A stretch of DNA of 62,814 bases, the filler included, from Asterionella formosa (taxonomy: Eukaryota): assembly GCA_002256025.1 (NCBI GenBank). It is 34 parts of 34 records of this genome, joined end to end, with 100 filler letters (N's around TTAATTAATTAA, not from the genome) between each part and the next. Parts side by side here need not be neighbours in the genome. Positions count along the whole stretch, not along the records: positions 11,823 to 13,035 come from NKIB01003634.1; positions 13,136 to 14,348 come from NKIB01003635.1; positions 14,449 to 15,661 come from NKIB01003636.1; positions 15,762 to 16,974 come from NKIB01003637.1; positions 17,075 to 36,607 come from NKIB01003638.1; 29 more parts are not named here. The stretch is one strand, 5' to 3'. This document shows, in pieces, positions 12,130 to 25,700 of this stretch (positions are counted from its first letter, which is position 1; each line of letters starts with the position of its first letter). Both the position numbers and the translations under genes were made by a program. Under the pieces are notes generated by a model. The model saw only the letters and a program-made list of their open reading frames with translations. It did no database searches and was not told where the DNA came from.

Positions 12130-13035
12130 CTAGAAAGACATAGCAATGGACTCTTCATCACCATTGGTAGCAACATGGCTGTACTTTGACAGCATTGAAA
12201 CAATGGATTCCCTATCACCCCGTGAGTGAAACAGTGCTGCCATGGGAATGAAGTCATCAGCTTCATCAGACATTTTGTCGCCATCTTTCTGACAACGCCC
12301 TATTTCAAGCACATAAAGAAGCATCCTTGTCTCCCCGATCCAAGACAATTCGTGCTCATCAGTGAGTTGGTTGTAGCATCCGTCCTTTATATTTCTGTAC
12401 AGATCCCACTGGGATTGTCGGTTCGCTTGACCAAGAAATAGCAATAAGCCGTCACTCGATAAGTGCGCAGTTGCTGTGTCCATTAATGGCCGCAGTAAAT
12501 GATGATAATATGCGACATCCGTTCCCAGAACAATGTCAGCGGATCCTTTATCATCAAATTGATCTCTCCAGTCCAAATTTTTAGCACTCGTAGAGCATCC
12601 ATGGAGGACGTTCGTGTCACTATTGCGGTGAATTGCTCGTTCAAGGAAACCGATAGTTTCTTCTGCGTTGTCCGTCAGTAAACATGTCTTACAAGAAGTT
12701 GCAGCTACAAGCCCTGCCAGTCCAACTCCTGATCCAAGCTCCATAACTCTTTGATTTGTCAGTCTCGACTTCATGTCCGGAGATCGCAACAAAATAGAAC
12801 CAGCGATTCCTGCTGGCCATAACGACTCACTGAGCTGCTCCGCATTTTCAAAATACGGTATGCTGATGGTAAGCGGGGCTTCTAGTTTTTCCAGGGTCCA
12901 TTGTATCGAAATTTCCATGCAATTATCAACGAGCCTTTCAGTGGCTCGTCCCAACTCTGTTGACTCGCCCCAAACACGGAGTTTGTTTATCCTCGATTCC
13001 CCGACATTCAACGCAAGACATTTGCCGACGATACA
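12130..13035 (-). CDS. SAM-dependent protein-lysine methyltransferase (Methyltransf_16, METTL21/EEF2KMT-like), 5'-partial
   Basis: Motifs LWPAG, RVMELGSGVGLAGL, LLTDN and DIVLGTDVAY. Frame is open to the contig edge. Confidence 0.9.
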   Translation of the reverse strand, partial: CIVGKCLALNVGESRINKLRVWGESTELGRATERLVDNCMEISIQWTLEKLEAPLTISIPYFENAEQLSESLWPAGIAGSILLRSPDMKSRLTNQRVMELGSGVGLAGLVAATSCKTCLLTDNAEETIGFLERAIHRNSDTNVLHGCSTSAKNLDWRDQFDDKGSADIVLGTDVAYYHHLLRPLMDTATAHLSSDGLLLFLGQANRQSQWDLYRNIKDGCYNQLTDEHELSWIGETRMLLYVLEIGRCQKDGDKMSDEADDFIPMAALFHSRGDRESIVSMLSKYSHVATNGDEESIAMSF

Positions 13036-13135
13036 NNNNNNNNNNNNNNNNNNNNNNNNNNNNNNNNNNNNNNNNNNNNTTAATTAATTAANNNNNNNNN
13101 NNNNNNNNNNNNNNNNNNNNNNNNNNNNNNNNNNN

Positions 13136-14082
13136 GGTTTTTTAACTATGCTGAAAATAATGGATTTTACCGGGCTAACTCGTTTATTTGGCCTAGTAAA
13201 AAAACCGAAGTTCCTTTCTGCAGTTTCTCGCCGAAAGTTAACTTCTGGGGCTATGTGAAGATTACCTATGTACTTAACTCTTCTTCAAACCCTGCCAACG
13301 TTGAGCTATCGTCGTCCAAAAATTCGACAATATCGGCCTTTTCAACGGTCACCCAAACGTCGGAATCAGAATCACTAATCGCCGAAACGTCATGATCGCA
13401 ATGGTAGTCTTGTGCTAAAATTTGTAGTCGTAAAATCTCGTGTACAAAAAGTTCCAATGTAATTGCCCGCTGTAAAAATCATATTCTGATTGGTTATCCT
13501 TACATCCGTTCGATTGGCACGGTTTGCGAGGTCGTGCAATCCCACGCCGGCCACACTGGATACACATGAAGCATTTTCTTGGGTGTTGGCCGATCCTACC
13601 CGTATACCGGTATCCGTACGGAGTGGGAATATCGAGTACCGGGTAGGTTTACCCGTAAACCGGAATCCGTACGGAGTAGGAATACCGAGTACCGGGTAGA
13701 CCTACCGGTTCCAGGTAACTGATCATCATTCGTCATAGTAAATGGTAGTGCACGCTAACCAGTACCTTAGTAGCGATAGTTTGCACATTCAAATATATTT
13801 TGCAGCCGCCGGGTCGTGCATGTGAAACATATTTATGATACGAGTAGGTATACTATCGGTAGAGTAGCAATATAAAACATCCAGCGATGTAGAATCTATC
13901 TTTACATATTTTATGCATTTGAAATGGAATCTATACACGTACGCGCAAATTTCCACTCATTTGAATTTTTCAAACGGAATCATTGATATTCAAATTAGCA
14001 CATAAAAGTTCTTGGTTCCAGGGAATTTCGGCAACCCTAAGCAATATTTTAATTTTTGCCTAGGGGTTCAAATGCAGGAACC
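13136..14082 (-). mobile_element. Short non-autonomous Kolobok-type element, same family as 22772-29336; one end lies off the contig
   Basis: 13136-13470 matches about 23010-23300 and 13890-14082 matches about 29140-29336. Ends in AAATGCAGGAACC followed by TTAA (14083-14086). Confidence 0.8.
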
Positions 14083-15762
14083 TTAAGGGTTTTATCAAAA
14101 AGAGGGGGACGAAATATCTTTTTCCTTTTAATAATCTAAACTAAATACATTTATAGCTACCAGTAATGTAATCACATACCAGCAATATAGACACAGCTTC
14201 CGTTCAGACCTCTGTACTTCAGTACCAGTAGGCAGAAAGGCCAGTACGATGCCTGCATTTCCCGAGCGAGATCGAACGCTGTGTTGTTCATGTGCGTAAA
14301 AACACCTGTGTGTGACGCAACGGTATGTTTTCGATCAACATCGTGTCGNNNNNNNNNNNNNNNNNNNNNNNNNNNNNNNNNNNNNNNNNNNNTTAATTAA
14401 TTAANNNNNNNNNNNNNNNNNNNNNNNNNNNNNNNNNNNNNNNNNNNNATCAAGCCCTTCTTCTAATTCATTACAAATAGGCAATGCCTGCGCTAACAAT
14501 TCCGAACAAAGACGAAGGAGAATAGGAGAGGAGATCTGCCCACAACAAGCAACAGCAAACAATATCAGCAGAAGGCAAGAAAACATTGCACTTGCTTACC
14601 ATGTATACAGTTGTCCCCTATGCACCAGAGGAATCCTTTCAACAATGTAAATAACAAATGATTGATAGCCTGCCTGACACAGGATAGCCATCCTGACACA
14701 GGCAGAGCACGACGCATTTCATTATTCCCAAGGTTCAACCCTGCCCTGCCAAAAACAGATTGATTGTCTGTAGAAAAAGAAAAAGGTTCGCAGAGTATGT
14801 TCATGACTGACCACTTTTCCAATTCCAAACGGCACAAGTAAGAGGAAGAACGAAATGGAGGTAAGGGAACTACAACAGCAATCAAACATATTTCCAAACA
14901 CAAGACGAAGAAAACGAGCGACGGTGCAGAGCAACAACAAAAAGAACAACAGCAATGTGACAAAAGACCTGTTTCCATTTCCCAAAATTTTAACTGCTTA
15001 CCATAATTTCTCGAACTTTCAGATGCATCCTTTCTGTGATGACACCAAGCAAGGAGAAACAAAAAATGCCTGCCTGTTTCTTCCAGAGGAACCGGCCCAC
15101 AACAGAATCCTTCTTGTTATCTGGAAGCGAAGAACAAGATTCACAGAGTCAGATGATGGCTGGTTTTTAACAAACAAGACCTTTTTACATTCCATATCAA
15201 ACAATGCATGTTCAAGTTCAAACGCAGGGCGAGGAACACCAAGGAAGAGAAGGTTTTACAGCCACAGTAACCATAACGAAAGAACAATAGAATAAGAACA
15301 AGAAAAATGACAGCAGAAACAGCAGGGACAGCGGTAACGAAAACGAGAACACAACCATGATAGCAGAAAAGACGACAAAAACGACAACAATAACAATAAC
15401 AATAACAATAATTTCATTTTACCATGAATGTGATATTTTGTTCCTTTCATTCCAGCAGCTGCTTTTCGTTAAGAAAACTGGCGCGGACGGTCCTCCTCGC
15501 CAACATTCATTTTGTACTAAATTTTTGTACATTGTACTTCAGAAAAAGCTGGCGCAGTCTATGCTTAGTCAGTATTGATCAAATTCGTCATCAGGATGCG
15601 TAAAATTTTCGGTGCTTGCTGTGGACTGATGACCAGTGCTGTAGCAACCTAAATTCCAATTNNNNNNNNNNNNNNNNNNNNNNNNNNNNNNNNNNNNNNN
15701 NNNNNTTAATTAATTAANNNNNNNNNNNNNNNNNNNNNNNNNNNNNNNNNNNNNNNNNNNNA

Positions 15763-16779
15763 TCCATTGTCAAGTACTACACAAAATTAGTCAAGATTTT
15801 CCCAAGAGAAACGACAGAGCAAGGCTGGAAAATGACAAAGTTTCATCAGCAGATGCATACTGTCCGAAATATCGAACGGTTTGGCAGTCCGCAAGTTTTC
15901 AATGGTGGACCAATGGAAAAAAATTTAAAATTCCTTTGCAAGTTACCAGCTAAAACATCTCAAAAACGACATCACCTAATGGACCTTCAATCTGGACAAC
16001 GAATTATCGAAAACATTGCCATAGGTGTTGCATGTCGGGAATTTTTGGGAAAAGATCCTTTTGAACATGACGATACAGATTCGCTCGCCGATGATGGTTC
16101 TACTAATGAAACACCAAGCACTGGGACTGACAGTATAAGCACATCTACAGGTGGTGCACGCTTTATCTTAAAGTTACAGGAAAATAATGGTGGATTCGCT
16201 ATTGCATCTGTCACTTCCAATTCGGCGACTATAAAGACATCAGGAGTTGACCTTGATTTAATTCGATTTCTAGGAAAGGAAGTGCTTCCCTTCATAACCA
16301 AAAAGTCAATTGAGGTCCTGTGTGAACACAAACGAGATGGAAATACTTTCCATGCCCATCCCAATTATTTGGGACAGGGGTCTTGGTATGATTGGGCCGA
16401 CTTCAAATGGATAGACGAGGAAAGTGGTATACCTTACATAGTGTTGGGGAAAATCTTTGGTTTTGTATTGCTTGGGCCTGAATTTGATTTTACTGATCCA
16501 CGATTGTGTGCATCACTCCGCAACGAAACAACTGGAATCTTTGCAATTGTGAACTCATGTAAGGATCCAAGTGAGAGTTTATTTAATAGCCGTCGTTCTA
16601 AAATGTTTGAGATAGCTCACCTGATGGGTTATGAATCAGGAAAGAGAAAACAGCTCATGTTTGTTACAGTCGATTGTATTTCTGCTCCTGCTGTTGTTGT
16701 CCCTAATATTGGAGGAATACCTGGGTCGGTATTACAAGTTAAACCTCAGCATACTTGGCAATCTTTTTTCTCATTTTGA
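15763..16779 (+). CDS. Plavaka/CMC (EnSpm-like) transposase, C-terminal part (5'-partial)
   Basis: GWKMTKFHQQMH..RNIERFGSP...GPME motif and FHAHPNY..GSWYDW tail. A near-identical second copy lies at 47200-48285. Confidence 0.7.
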   Translation, partial: SIVKYYTKLVKIFPRETTEQGWKMTKFHQQMHTVRNIERFGSPQVFNGGPMEKNLKFLCKLPAKTSQKRHHLMDLQSGQRIIENIAIGVACREFLGKDPFEHDDTDSLADDGSTNETPSTGTDSISTSTGGARFILKLQENNGGFAIASVTSNSATIKTSGVDLDLIRFLGKEVLPFITKKSIEVLCEHKRDGNTFHAHPNYLGQGSWYDWADFKWIDEESGIPYIVLGKIFGFVLLGPEFDFTDPRLCASLRNETTGIFAIVNSCKDPSESLFNSRRSKMFEIAHLMGYESGKRKQLMFVTVDCISAPAVVVPNIGGIPGSVLQVKPQHTWQSFFSF

Positions 16780-17074
16780 GATTCTAGATATGCATGCACA
16801 CAACACAGCAGTACTAGTTATTTCTATTAATATATATATTAGCTACCGGTAGCTATATGTATGAACGTTGTATGCTACACGAAGGCCAAAGCGAGCGCTG
16901 GTCAATGTGTACGACAGGGTCTCCAATAAATCAGTTCTCGACCATGCCCGGAAGCCTTCCGAAATCAAGAAAATNNNNNNNNNNNNNNNNNNNNNNNNNN
17001 NNNNNNNNNNNNNNNNNNTTAATTAATTAANNNNNNNNNNNNNNNNNNNNNNNNNNNNNNNNNNNNNNNNNNNN

Positions 17075-18649
17075 TTTCATTCTCGCAAAAATGGCCGCTG
17101 CTTTTACTGCAGCATCTCGATCTCGACTTTTTGCAAAGGCATTGATAACAATGTTGAATGAGATTGTGTTTGGCATAACATGAATATCTCCTGCATTGTA
17201 TTGTTCAAGCATAACTTCCAAAAGGGCTTCCGCTCGAGTTGAAGCGTCTTTGGATCGTGACTTGGCAAGACAGTCAAGCACTGTGTTGCATGTTAGCACA
17301 TTCGGTTTAACTCCAGGGAAACCTGATTTGTCAATTTCATACATTCGTTGCAAGATAGCTTCTGCACGGGATACAGCAAATGCCTCATTGGATTTGGCCC
17401 ATGCGTTAATGACTGCATTGAAGGAAATGACATCTGGAAACAAAGTGGAATTGTTTGTCGCAGTTGCCATGGTGTGCATCTTCTGTAGAAGGGCCTCAGC
17501 CCTTTGAGCAGCTCCTTGCTCGCCACTTTGAGCCCAGGCATTAATCAGAGAATTGAAAAGTATTCGATTTGGGGCCAGGTTGGGGTCGTTTGTCCTCTCA
17601 AAGTCATCAAGAAGTTCTTGCATAATTGATTCTGCTTCTTTGGCCCTTCCATTTTTTGCAAAGGCAGCGATAACGGTTCCATATGATGTTTTGCTTGGCG
17701 ATAAATCACTATTGCCATTGATCTTGCTTAGTTTCTTCACATGCTGAAGTATCTGGTAGCATCGATCTGCCGCTCCAACATCGTCACTCTTGGACCACGC
17801 ATCCATCACTATGTTGAAACTTATTGCGCTGGGTTCCGGGGATTCTTTTAGAAGCGCCTCTGTTCGTTGGGCTGCTCCTGGTTGTTGACTATTGGCCCAG
17901 GCTGACATTACTGTACTGTATGTTTTCATGTTTGGCTTCAACCCATGCCATCCGTTTGCTGTCAAATCTTTCATCTGCTGCAACAATGCTTCAGCTCGTT
18001 GTGGCGCGTCCGATGCCCCACTCTTGGCGAGAGCATCAATGGCAATTGTAAACGTAATAGTGTCTGGCCTCGCCATTGGATTTTCCAGTCTGCCATGCAT
18101 CAATGATTGAATCATTTCTTCGCCGAGTTCATGTGCGTTGGGCTCACCATGTTTAATTGCAGTGTCAAGTATAGTGTTGTAGACCCATATATCTGGATTA
18201 AATTCTGGTATCCTGACCCGATATGACTCTATTTTTTCCAGCACGTCTCGTGCCTTCACCGAGCCCATTCCTGCTTTCCATACATGGATGGAACTGTTCA
18301 GTAGTTTAGCTACTTCGACGGTTCTGCGACTAGTGCTGCAAGTTTTTTGTTTTTCTTCATCCTCCATTACGGCTCGGTCCATCAGTTTCCACAAGTTGAC
18401 AATATCCGCGGAGCCTTTGCAGCACCGCACTTCTGAAAACACGTTGTTCCATTCTTGATTTCCCCATGATCCAACGTCCAGTTGAAAAAGTCGCCGAGAT
18501 TTGTCAGACCAGTTATCTTGATTCGATGCTGATAGATTCAATCTTCTCGTAGTATGGACACCACAGCTAATAGGAAAAAACTCTGTCGCAATGAGGCTGC
18601 TCAGAGGTCGTTGTGATGCTCGTTCTAAAAGTCTTTGAACCTTTCTCAT
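17075..18649 (-). CDS. Pentatricopeptide-repeat (PPR) protein, N-terminal part (3'-partial), with a probable organellar targeting peptide
   Basis: Many repeats of the form PDxISFNxVInAWAKSg...AqRAEALL. ATG at 18649 gives an R/S/L-rich N-terminus (MRKVQRLLERASQRPLSS). Confidence 0.93.
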
Positions 18650-19949
18650 GGCGCACCAAAAAGGGGGACAGAAGAGGTTGTTATAGTATGGAAATACACT
18701 TATTTTGCAGTCCTCGTCCAATGTAGTCCGAGTAGCCAGCACTCGTGGTATATCCCAGGCATAGGAAACCGAGGGGCAATTGGAGTAAATTGTAGGATCG
18801 CTAAAAAGAGAACATGTGAAATACTATACAATAAATATTTTAATGATAGGGAATGTAGGACCCATTTGCAAATTTCGATGTGAAGATAGGAAATATTCAT
18901 TTCAATTTTATATGATGGGCTATATAGCAAGCTAAAATTGACATTTTCCCTTTTTGACTAGGCAGTAGGTAATCGAATGGAATTGCCTCAACCATACCCC
19001 TCTTGGTGGCTACATCCCTTCTTCAAAGCATATGTATACGCAAGGACTAGACCCCCGCCTGGGGCACGTATTGCCTTCAGCAATCCCCACCCTAGATAGC
19101 TGTCGTCTTGCTTTTCGATTAAAACAATGGTGTCTAAGTAATTTTTGGTTTCTCGAAGTAATTTTTATTTAGGGGCAATATAGGGGCATATTTGATTTTT
19201 CCGGAATCACAGCGTTGGGTGTGGTGTGGCAAAGGAGCATGGTACCTGGTTGTACATTTTAGGTCATGTTCTTGGCATGAATGATTTAGTTCATAATGAT
19301 TCCAATTTTTGGAAATCATTCAGTTGCTGCTTTGACTGGAAAGTACAAATCCAACAGGGCTATTTTTGTTCAGCAATGTCAACAGGAAAAATAAATTACA
19401 ACAGATATTGAGTTTCAGAGAAGATGAAGAATGGAAGCACACATGTACAACAATCAACAGACTTTCCCACTGCTTGGGGTCGATTTGAGATATTAGGAAC
19501 ATTGCAGCTATAGTTGGAAAGTACAAATTTGATGTTTGCTCCTTGGAAATTCGAATGTGAGTAAAATATACCGTCATTGAGCTGTTCTAGTATGTAAAAA
19601 AAGGTTTGATTATTGATATTGCCATAATTCGCATGGACGCGACAAACAACAATCAACAGAACATATCATGATAAACCAATCTAGAAAACATGAGCAGTTT
19701 TATGACTACTGTTGTCTTCCTGGGTGGTGTTTCTCACCTCAAGCTCCTGATGACTAACTCATTTTGCATATTGCAAAAAGCAATTAATTTCCCAGTCCCT
19801 GAGAATTTTACTCCTGGTCAATTGTCCACCATATCTCTGCCCTCTTTAATGTTAAAAAGCCTAAACCATATGAAATTGAAAGGATAAATTCAGTTTTGGA
19901 AGTGGAGATCTAAGCATGTTATGATCAGGATTTACGCTATCTTTTCTTT

Positions 19950-22438
19950 GTTCACATCCATTGAATAATTGCCCTTGTTAATTTCATGAGGCAGCGAAAG
20001 GTCCCTACTATAAAGGAGAATGGTTGGATTCCTTTTTACACACCTTGACAACTGTCATGGCATTCTTGGTACATTTGGTAAACCCTACGATCCCGTCCAA
20101 AGGGATTAATTTTTTGCCCACAGTACTGTTCATACAGTATGTCGTAAATGGTGCTAAACACGATGAAATAAATATTCGCCTTTGTGTCAATGGGAGCTTT
20201 CAAATAAAAGGGGTTGATTACAGTTAATCATTTGCTCCCACAATCCTTGCAAAGTCAATCAAAGTCTTTCTCAGTATAAGAACATATAAAAACTATTATG
20301 TCTATCCTTTCAACATCAGTAATGCATTCCGAAATTCACCGGCTCCACCAAATATGACCAGAAATCGCATGTGGTTACGACCTTTTCCTGAATACTTCTC
20401 ATGGTTTCAAGTACGCTAGCTAGTACCCACAAGAATACTATGTCCAACTTGAGATTCTACTCCGCCAATCCAAATGCTCATTGAAAGATACTTCCGTAGA
20501 AATGGTTGCTCATGTGCAAGGTCGTAAAGATGCATCCGGTAAACGGGGAGAACATAATGATATTGTAATTTGTGGCGAACTCGGATTCACCAGAAATAGA
20601 GCTGATAAATGTATCTATCAAGGGTTTGATTATGGGTGGCCAGGGCAACTGATGACATGATATTAGTTGCTTGTGCATCTATATAAGCATATGAATTCGC
20701 TCATTGTAACTAGTAGAGTCGTGGAAGCCCATTGGAAGGTTTATAATATGGGTCTGGTGTCTCAGTTTTTGCACTACGCTTTGTGATCAGTCGTAACTGC
20801 ATGACTATCAATCAAACCCATCTGGTGCATGAAGTTTTAACAAATGTGTATGGGGATTCATGGCTACAAGAAATTCTTTCATCCATGGTGACCATGGCCA
20901 TAGTGCCTATGATAGCCGGCATTCAACATGAAGAAAGCCTCGCCACCACATGTTTTCCTAATGATTCAGAAGGTCTCAAACATGCTATGGCTAAACATGG
21001 GTTTTCATATAGAACCCTACATGTACAATTACAATATCAATGGACTCTCGTCTTGACATTCAAACTGCTGTGCAACGACTGGCGCAATATCAAAATGCTC
21101 CTGCGGGGGAACTGCATTTCTTGTTGGATCGTTTACATATTGTGGAATATTAACTGTCCCATCCTGATCTTCCATTGTTATTTAACTGAAATTTGTCTAC
21201 TCTTCCCATATTTACATTATCATCAATGGCCCAAGCAGTCCATGTTTGATTCTTAGTTTCCCGCTATAATCAGTGTTGACGCTCATGACTCAAACATTTT
21301 CGAAAACACTTGTGATATCAGTCAAATCAGTATCATCAAGAAATCCAAAAGTGATCAGAAAATTTGTTCTGGTATAGTTCCTAATATTAAAGCGTATGCT
21401 GATGCGAATTTCGGTGGTGCAGTTTTTGATTGAATTGCATATTCTGGAGGGGTTGTGCTGATAAATGGCACTGCTGTGGTGATCACTCTTTGTCGAAAAC
21501 AAATTACCAATGCATAGTATAATACCACAGAGGCTGAATTGCATGCTGCTACTGGCTACATTGACGAAATTAATTCTATGGTTACGCATATATATGGATG
21601 ATGATACTATCATGTCACTTCCTTATACTGAAGCAATCCCTATTAGTGAGCGAGGATGATACAGTCACTCAAATGTTTGCGCATGCAGGTAAATCGATTT
21701 GCAATATTTTGCATTACAAGAACATGTCCGTCACGAAAGAGTTGCCTTCACCAGAGTTTCGTTTACTAGCTATGAATCTAAGTGATCATTTTACCAAAAA
21801 GCAAGACTCTCCCATATGTCGCACTCCAAATCCACTGTAAAACAATGATGAGGTATGGATTCATTGACAGTGTCCATCAACAAGCCATGCAAATTTTTCA
21901 GGAGCAATCAAAAGCTCTTGAGTCCTGACATTTTATATTATTCTACTTATCTCATCAATCTACTATGAGATGGGGTGGATGTTATGAATTGGTCATGACT
22001 TGTATGTCTACTGCTCAACTGACTGGCTGTGGCTGTTTCTTGTCTAGTTGTCTATATGATTATGTGTCTGCTTCTTGCAGAATCTGCCTTTTAAACTTTC
22101 TAAAAAAAACTCACTTTCTCAACTCATATTGAGCTTATCAGGTTTGCTAACTGCTCTCTGATTCCTTCGTCTTGTTCTTCTTGTCTTCACCCTCGTTCAT
22201 AAGAACAAAGAATGAGACGACAAAGGAATTAGACATTTAATGAGCCTGACAAGCTCAATAGGAGTTTAGAAAGGTATATTTTAACAGAAAAATGAGTTAG
22301 ATAGCTAGTTAAGTTTTTACAGAATGTGTAGACTGCTTGAAGCAGAAACAGTACCAGGTACCACGTAGGCAGTCAGTCAATGAGACAAAATCTGTACAGC
22401 AGTCATACTACCGGTATAAGTATGTACAATTCATAACA
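19950..22438 (+). mobile_element. Heavily decayed Ty1/Copia element: RT, RNase H, PPT and 3' LTR (21980-22438)
   Basis: RT remnant RLCVNGSFQIKGVDYS*SFAP...FNISNAF; RNase H remnants CRKQITNA*YNTTEAELHAA and NLSDHFTK; purine tract GAGATGGGGTGGA then TGTTATGAATTG. Many stops and frameshifts. The 5' limit is approximate. Confidence 0.8.
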
Positions 22439-22771
22439 ACAATTTGTTTATAGACTATGATAGTATACTGGTGCCAGTTAAAAATAGCTTTGAGTCACTT
22501 AACCTATTATTCACAATGTTTACATAGATTTTTTCTAATTTTCCAGTTATGACTAGTATTTTTAGTACGAAAAAGGTGTTCCTGATGTTGCACCGGATAC
22601 AACATATTTAGTTGTTGTCCGATAGGGATTCTGCTTTAGATAATCAGATAAATGTGTCGGAAAGTAGTGATCGGCCCAAGAGTGGCAAACTATTATACCA
22701 TTGAACCGTCATCTCCCGGAAATACACATATACTTTTGTGTAGAATCTAATATATATGAAGTTGCATTTAA

Positions 22772-25700
22772 GGTTCCTGCATTTTAACCTTAGATTAGAG
22801 TTAGGGTTTCAAAAATAATATTGAGTCAGACTAATCCAGCGCATCCTTTTCACTTATAAACTAAATACATACATCGCTACTCGGAGCTTTCACCATTAGA
22901 CACCCTTTCCAAAGGCTTAGATACAGTCATTGATCGAAGTAGGGGTATAGAACAACTCTAAATAACGACAGTATATAGGTTCTGGCGAATAACTATAGAA
23001 AGGAACTTCGGTTTTTTCCCTATGCTGAAAATAGTGGATTTTACCAGGCCAACTCGTCTATTTGGCCTAGTACTTCTGGGGATATATGAAGATTACCTAG
23101 GTAATTCACTCTTCTTCAACCCAACCAAAGTTGAGCTATCGTCCTCCAAAAATTCTACAGAATCGGCCTTTTCAACGGTCTTCAAAATGTCGGAATCAGA
23201 ATCACTATTCGCCAAAACGTCATCATCTGAATGGTAGTCTTGTGATGCAATATTTAGTCGTATAATCTCCTGTACGAAAAATTCCATTGTATGTGTCCGC
23301 TTCCACATATATAATATGATTGGGCAACATGAATTACTAACCTCCATTTTATTGGCCCGGTTTGCGCGGTAGTTCAAACCAGCGCTGTTTGCAGGTTCTG
23401 TATCCACTACCGGTAGCTGATCATCATTGATCGTATGTGTACCAATACTAGAATGCAGTTTGCCTTCAAAGAATGGACAGAGTGCCCTGCTTTTCCTTCA
23501 ATGATCATTTCGACAGCAATGTTTACATTGACCAATTATCATGTTGACTTTTCTTGCTGTCTCATCACTTTCTGTTAGCGCCACACCAGAGCCGTAAGTC
23601 TTACCTGATTTGTCTCGATATTGCAGGCCACCGGATCCAGCAACCACCTTTTTTTTGACATAGTCATGACACTGCATTGTTCATTGCCTCATGAATTTGA
23701 ATGCCAAAGGGATGATGCTATGTTCGCCTTCGACTTTTGTTGCAAACAGCCATTCACATAATTTCGATTCTTTTTTCTTGTCATGATATTTTCTGTTGCC
23801 AACAGTTTTTCCTGCTTTTACAGGCAGGGCACCGAGTCTCAGAGCAGAAATCACGGCAGCCAAACAAGTGGTTGATTGGTGGTGCCTTGGAGGATTCTGT
23901 GAATTTGGTCAGAGCAAGGTTGCGATTTTCCTTGATCCAGGCCCCATAGTGAATCTTTAGTCAGAGACAATCTGCTTTTGAAGGCCGTTCGAGGTAGACT
24001 GGGCCATTGGCTTTCAGAAATGCAGGGCGGAGTAGTAGGACTCGTCATATTCTGTGGGATGGGTCAGATGATTCCTGTTTGGTTGAGAATTTGATTTGAT
24101 TGATGATGTGATTGTTTTGGGGGGATGGAATGGTATTTTAGAGGACTCCCAAATCTGATTTTCATCCCGATTATATTTCAACCTCCATGTCCACCAGTTC
24201 CAATTTCAGAAACAAGTCACGTCTGTGAATAGATTTTCCATTAGATCTAACGTTTTACTCAGCATACGTTAAAAAACTGATTTATTATTCAAATATTTTG
24301 GTATTTTGATGATAATTTTGATATATCAACGGCAGTGTCTGTATGATCAATCAAATTTGTACATTAGGTTAGTAGCATACACATGTTATGTTATGCGTTT
24401 ATAAGAACTCGTATATATTAGTTACCAAATCTAATCGGATAATCCAAATTGTTGATATATTGATCAAATGTTTTATATCATGTTGATGATAATTATGATA
24501 TATCAATGACCGTGTCGGCGTAGTCAATCAAATTTGTTTGTAAGATTATTTGCTTACACACGTCAGGTTACGCATAGATAGAAGTCATATATAATTGTTA
24601 TCAAATCCAAACTTCTAACCAAATGCTTTGATATGTTGATACGTTGTTTGATTGATCAATAGCTGTTGCTCTTTGATCAATTATTGTTTTAGCGAAGGTT
24701 ATGACTTTACACAGATCACCTTACGTGTATGTAAACCTAGTACCCGACGATGCTATTAGAATGAATTCTGTGCAACAAAGGTGTGTTACTTGTTGCCATT
24801 CCGATTTGAATGCTCTACCGGTACATGCTTTGATCCAATTTTTGTACCGGTAGTATTAGTCATTATCTCTCCATTCGCATATCAGTAATCAAATTTCTTA
24901 CAAGCCATGTGCGTTTGTTGAACAATCCCCTACGAGCTACCTTCTTGCGGGGACGACGATGATCTCAGTCATATTACGAATGATATGGTCTCGATATTGA
25001 TGAAGAATTATGCTGGGTTTGATTGTTTGTTTGTTACTCGAAATCAAAAAGCTTTGGTCAATTTATACGACAGAATTTGAGAACGATGCATTGAAGGCCA
25101 TACCCGATTCCATTTCCAACCGAAATCAAGAAGATAATACCTTTTGATCATAATTCGCCCATTGCGAACATCGATCTGTATTTCGAAACTGTTCTTCAAG
25201 ATGAGATGTGGATCAAAGTGAAGATGGACCAGATGGCGGCACAGTTTGTTGCTCATGGCCTTAATCATGGGCCTTCCATTCTCCTTGACTAGCTATTGGC
25301 GAGCACGTTTGTATGCTGCAGAATTAGAGCCGCAACATCACTAATCAGGAAGTAGCTTCATTTAATTCAGGAAATAGTAGCACCACATGAACCTTGAAAA
25401 GCAGGGGGTTCGAAATAACAATGGTAACTTTGCTTTATAACATTGTACTATCCCATTGTTTTAAGAAATCTCTTTATCGGCAACATCAGAGGCACTACAT
25501 AGGACAGCCTAACCCCATTGCCACACATATACTTTCCACAAAGTGACCGCTTTATGTATATATAGCTTATATATACGTAGTGTAGCTTGTCCCACACATA
25601 TGTTCTTGCCACTCCGAAGAAGTGTATAATATTTAAGAGGGTACCAGAACCATTATTCAATCAACATCTGATTCCAATGTCGTACAGCAACAATGGTTGT

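Noticed and set aside
14449..15614. ORFs in contig 14449-15661 and a possible CACCG transposon terminus near 15614
   Set aside because: The ORFs are low-complexity with no recognisable motif, and there is no partner TIR or TSD to support the terminus.
18650..18742. Upstream extension of the PPR ORF in the track
   Set aside because: It uses a non-ATG start. ATG 18649 gives a plausible targeting peptide.
22768..22790. piggyBac or Harbinger assignment for the TTAA-flanked element
   Set aside because: piggyBac ends usually start with CC, and no 3-bp TSD reading gives identical flanks. GG termini with TTAA and the KolX-like remnant fit Kolobok.
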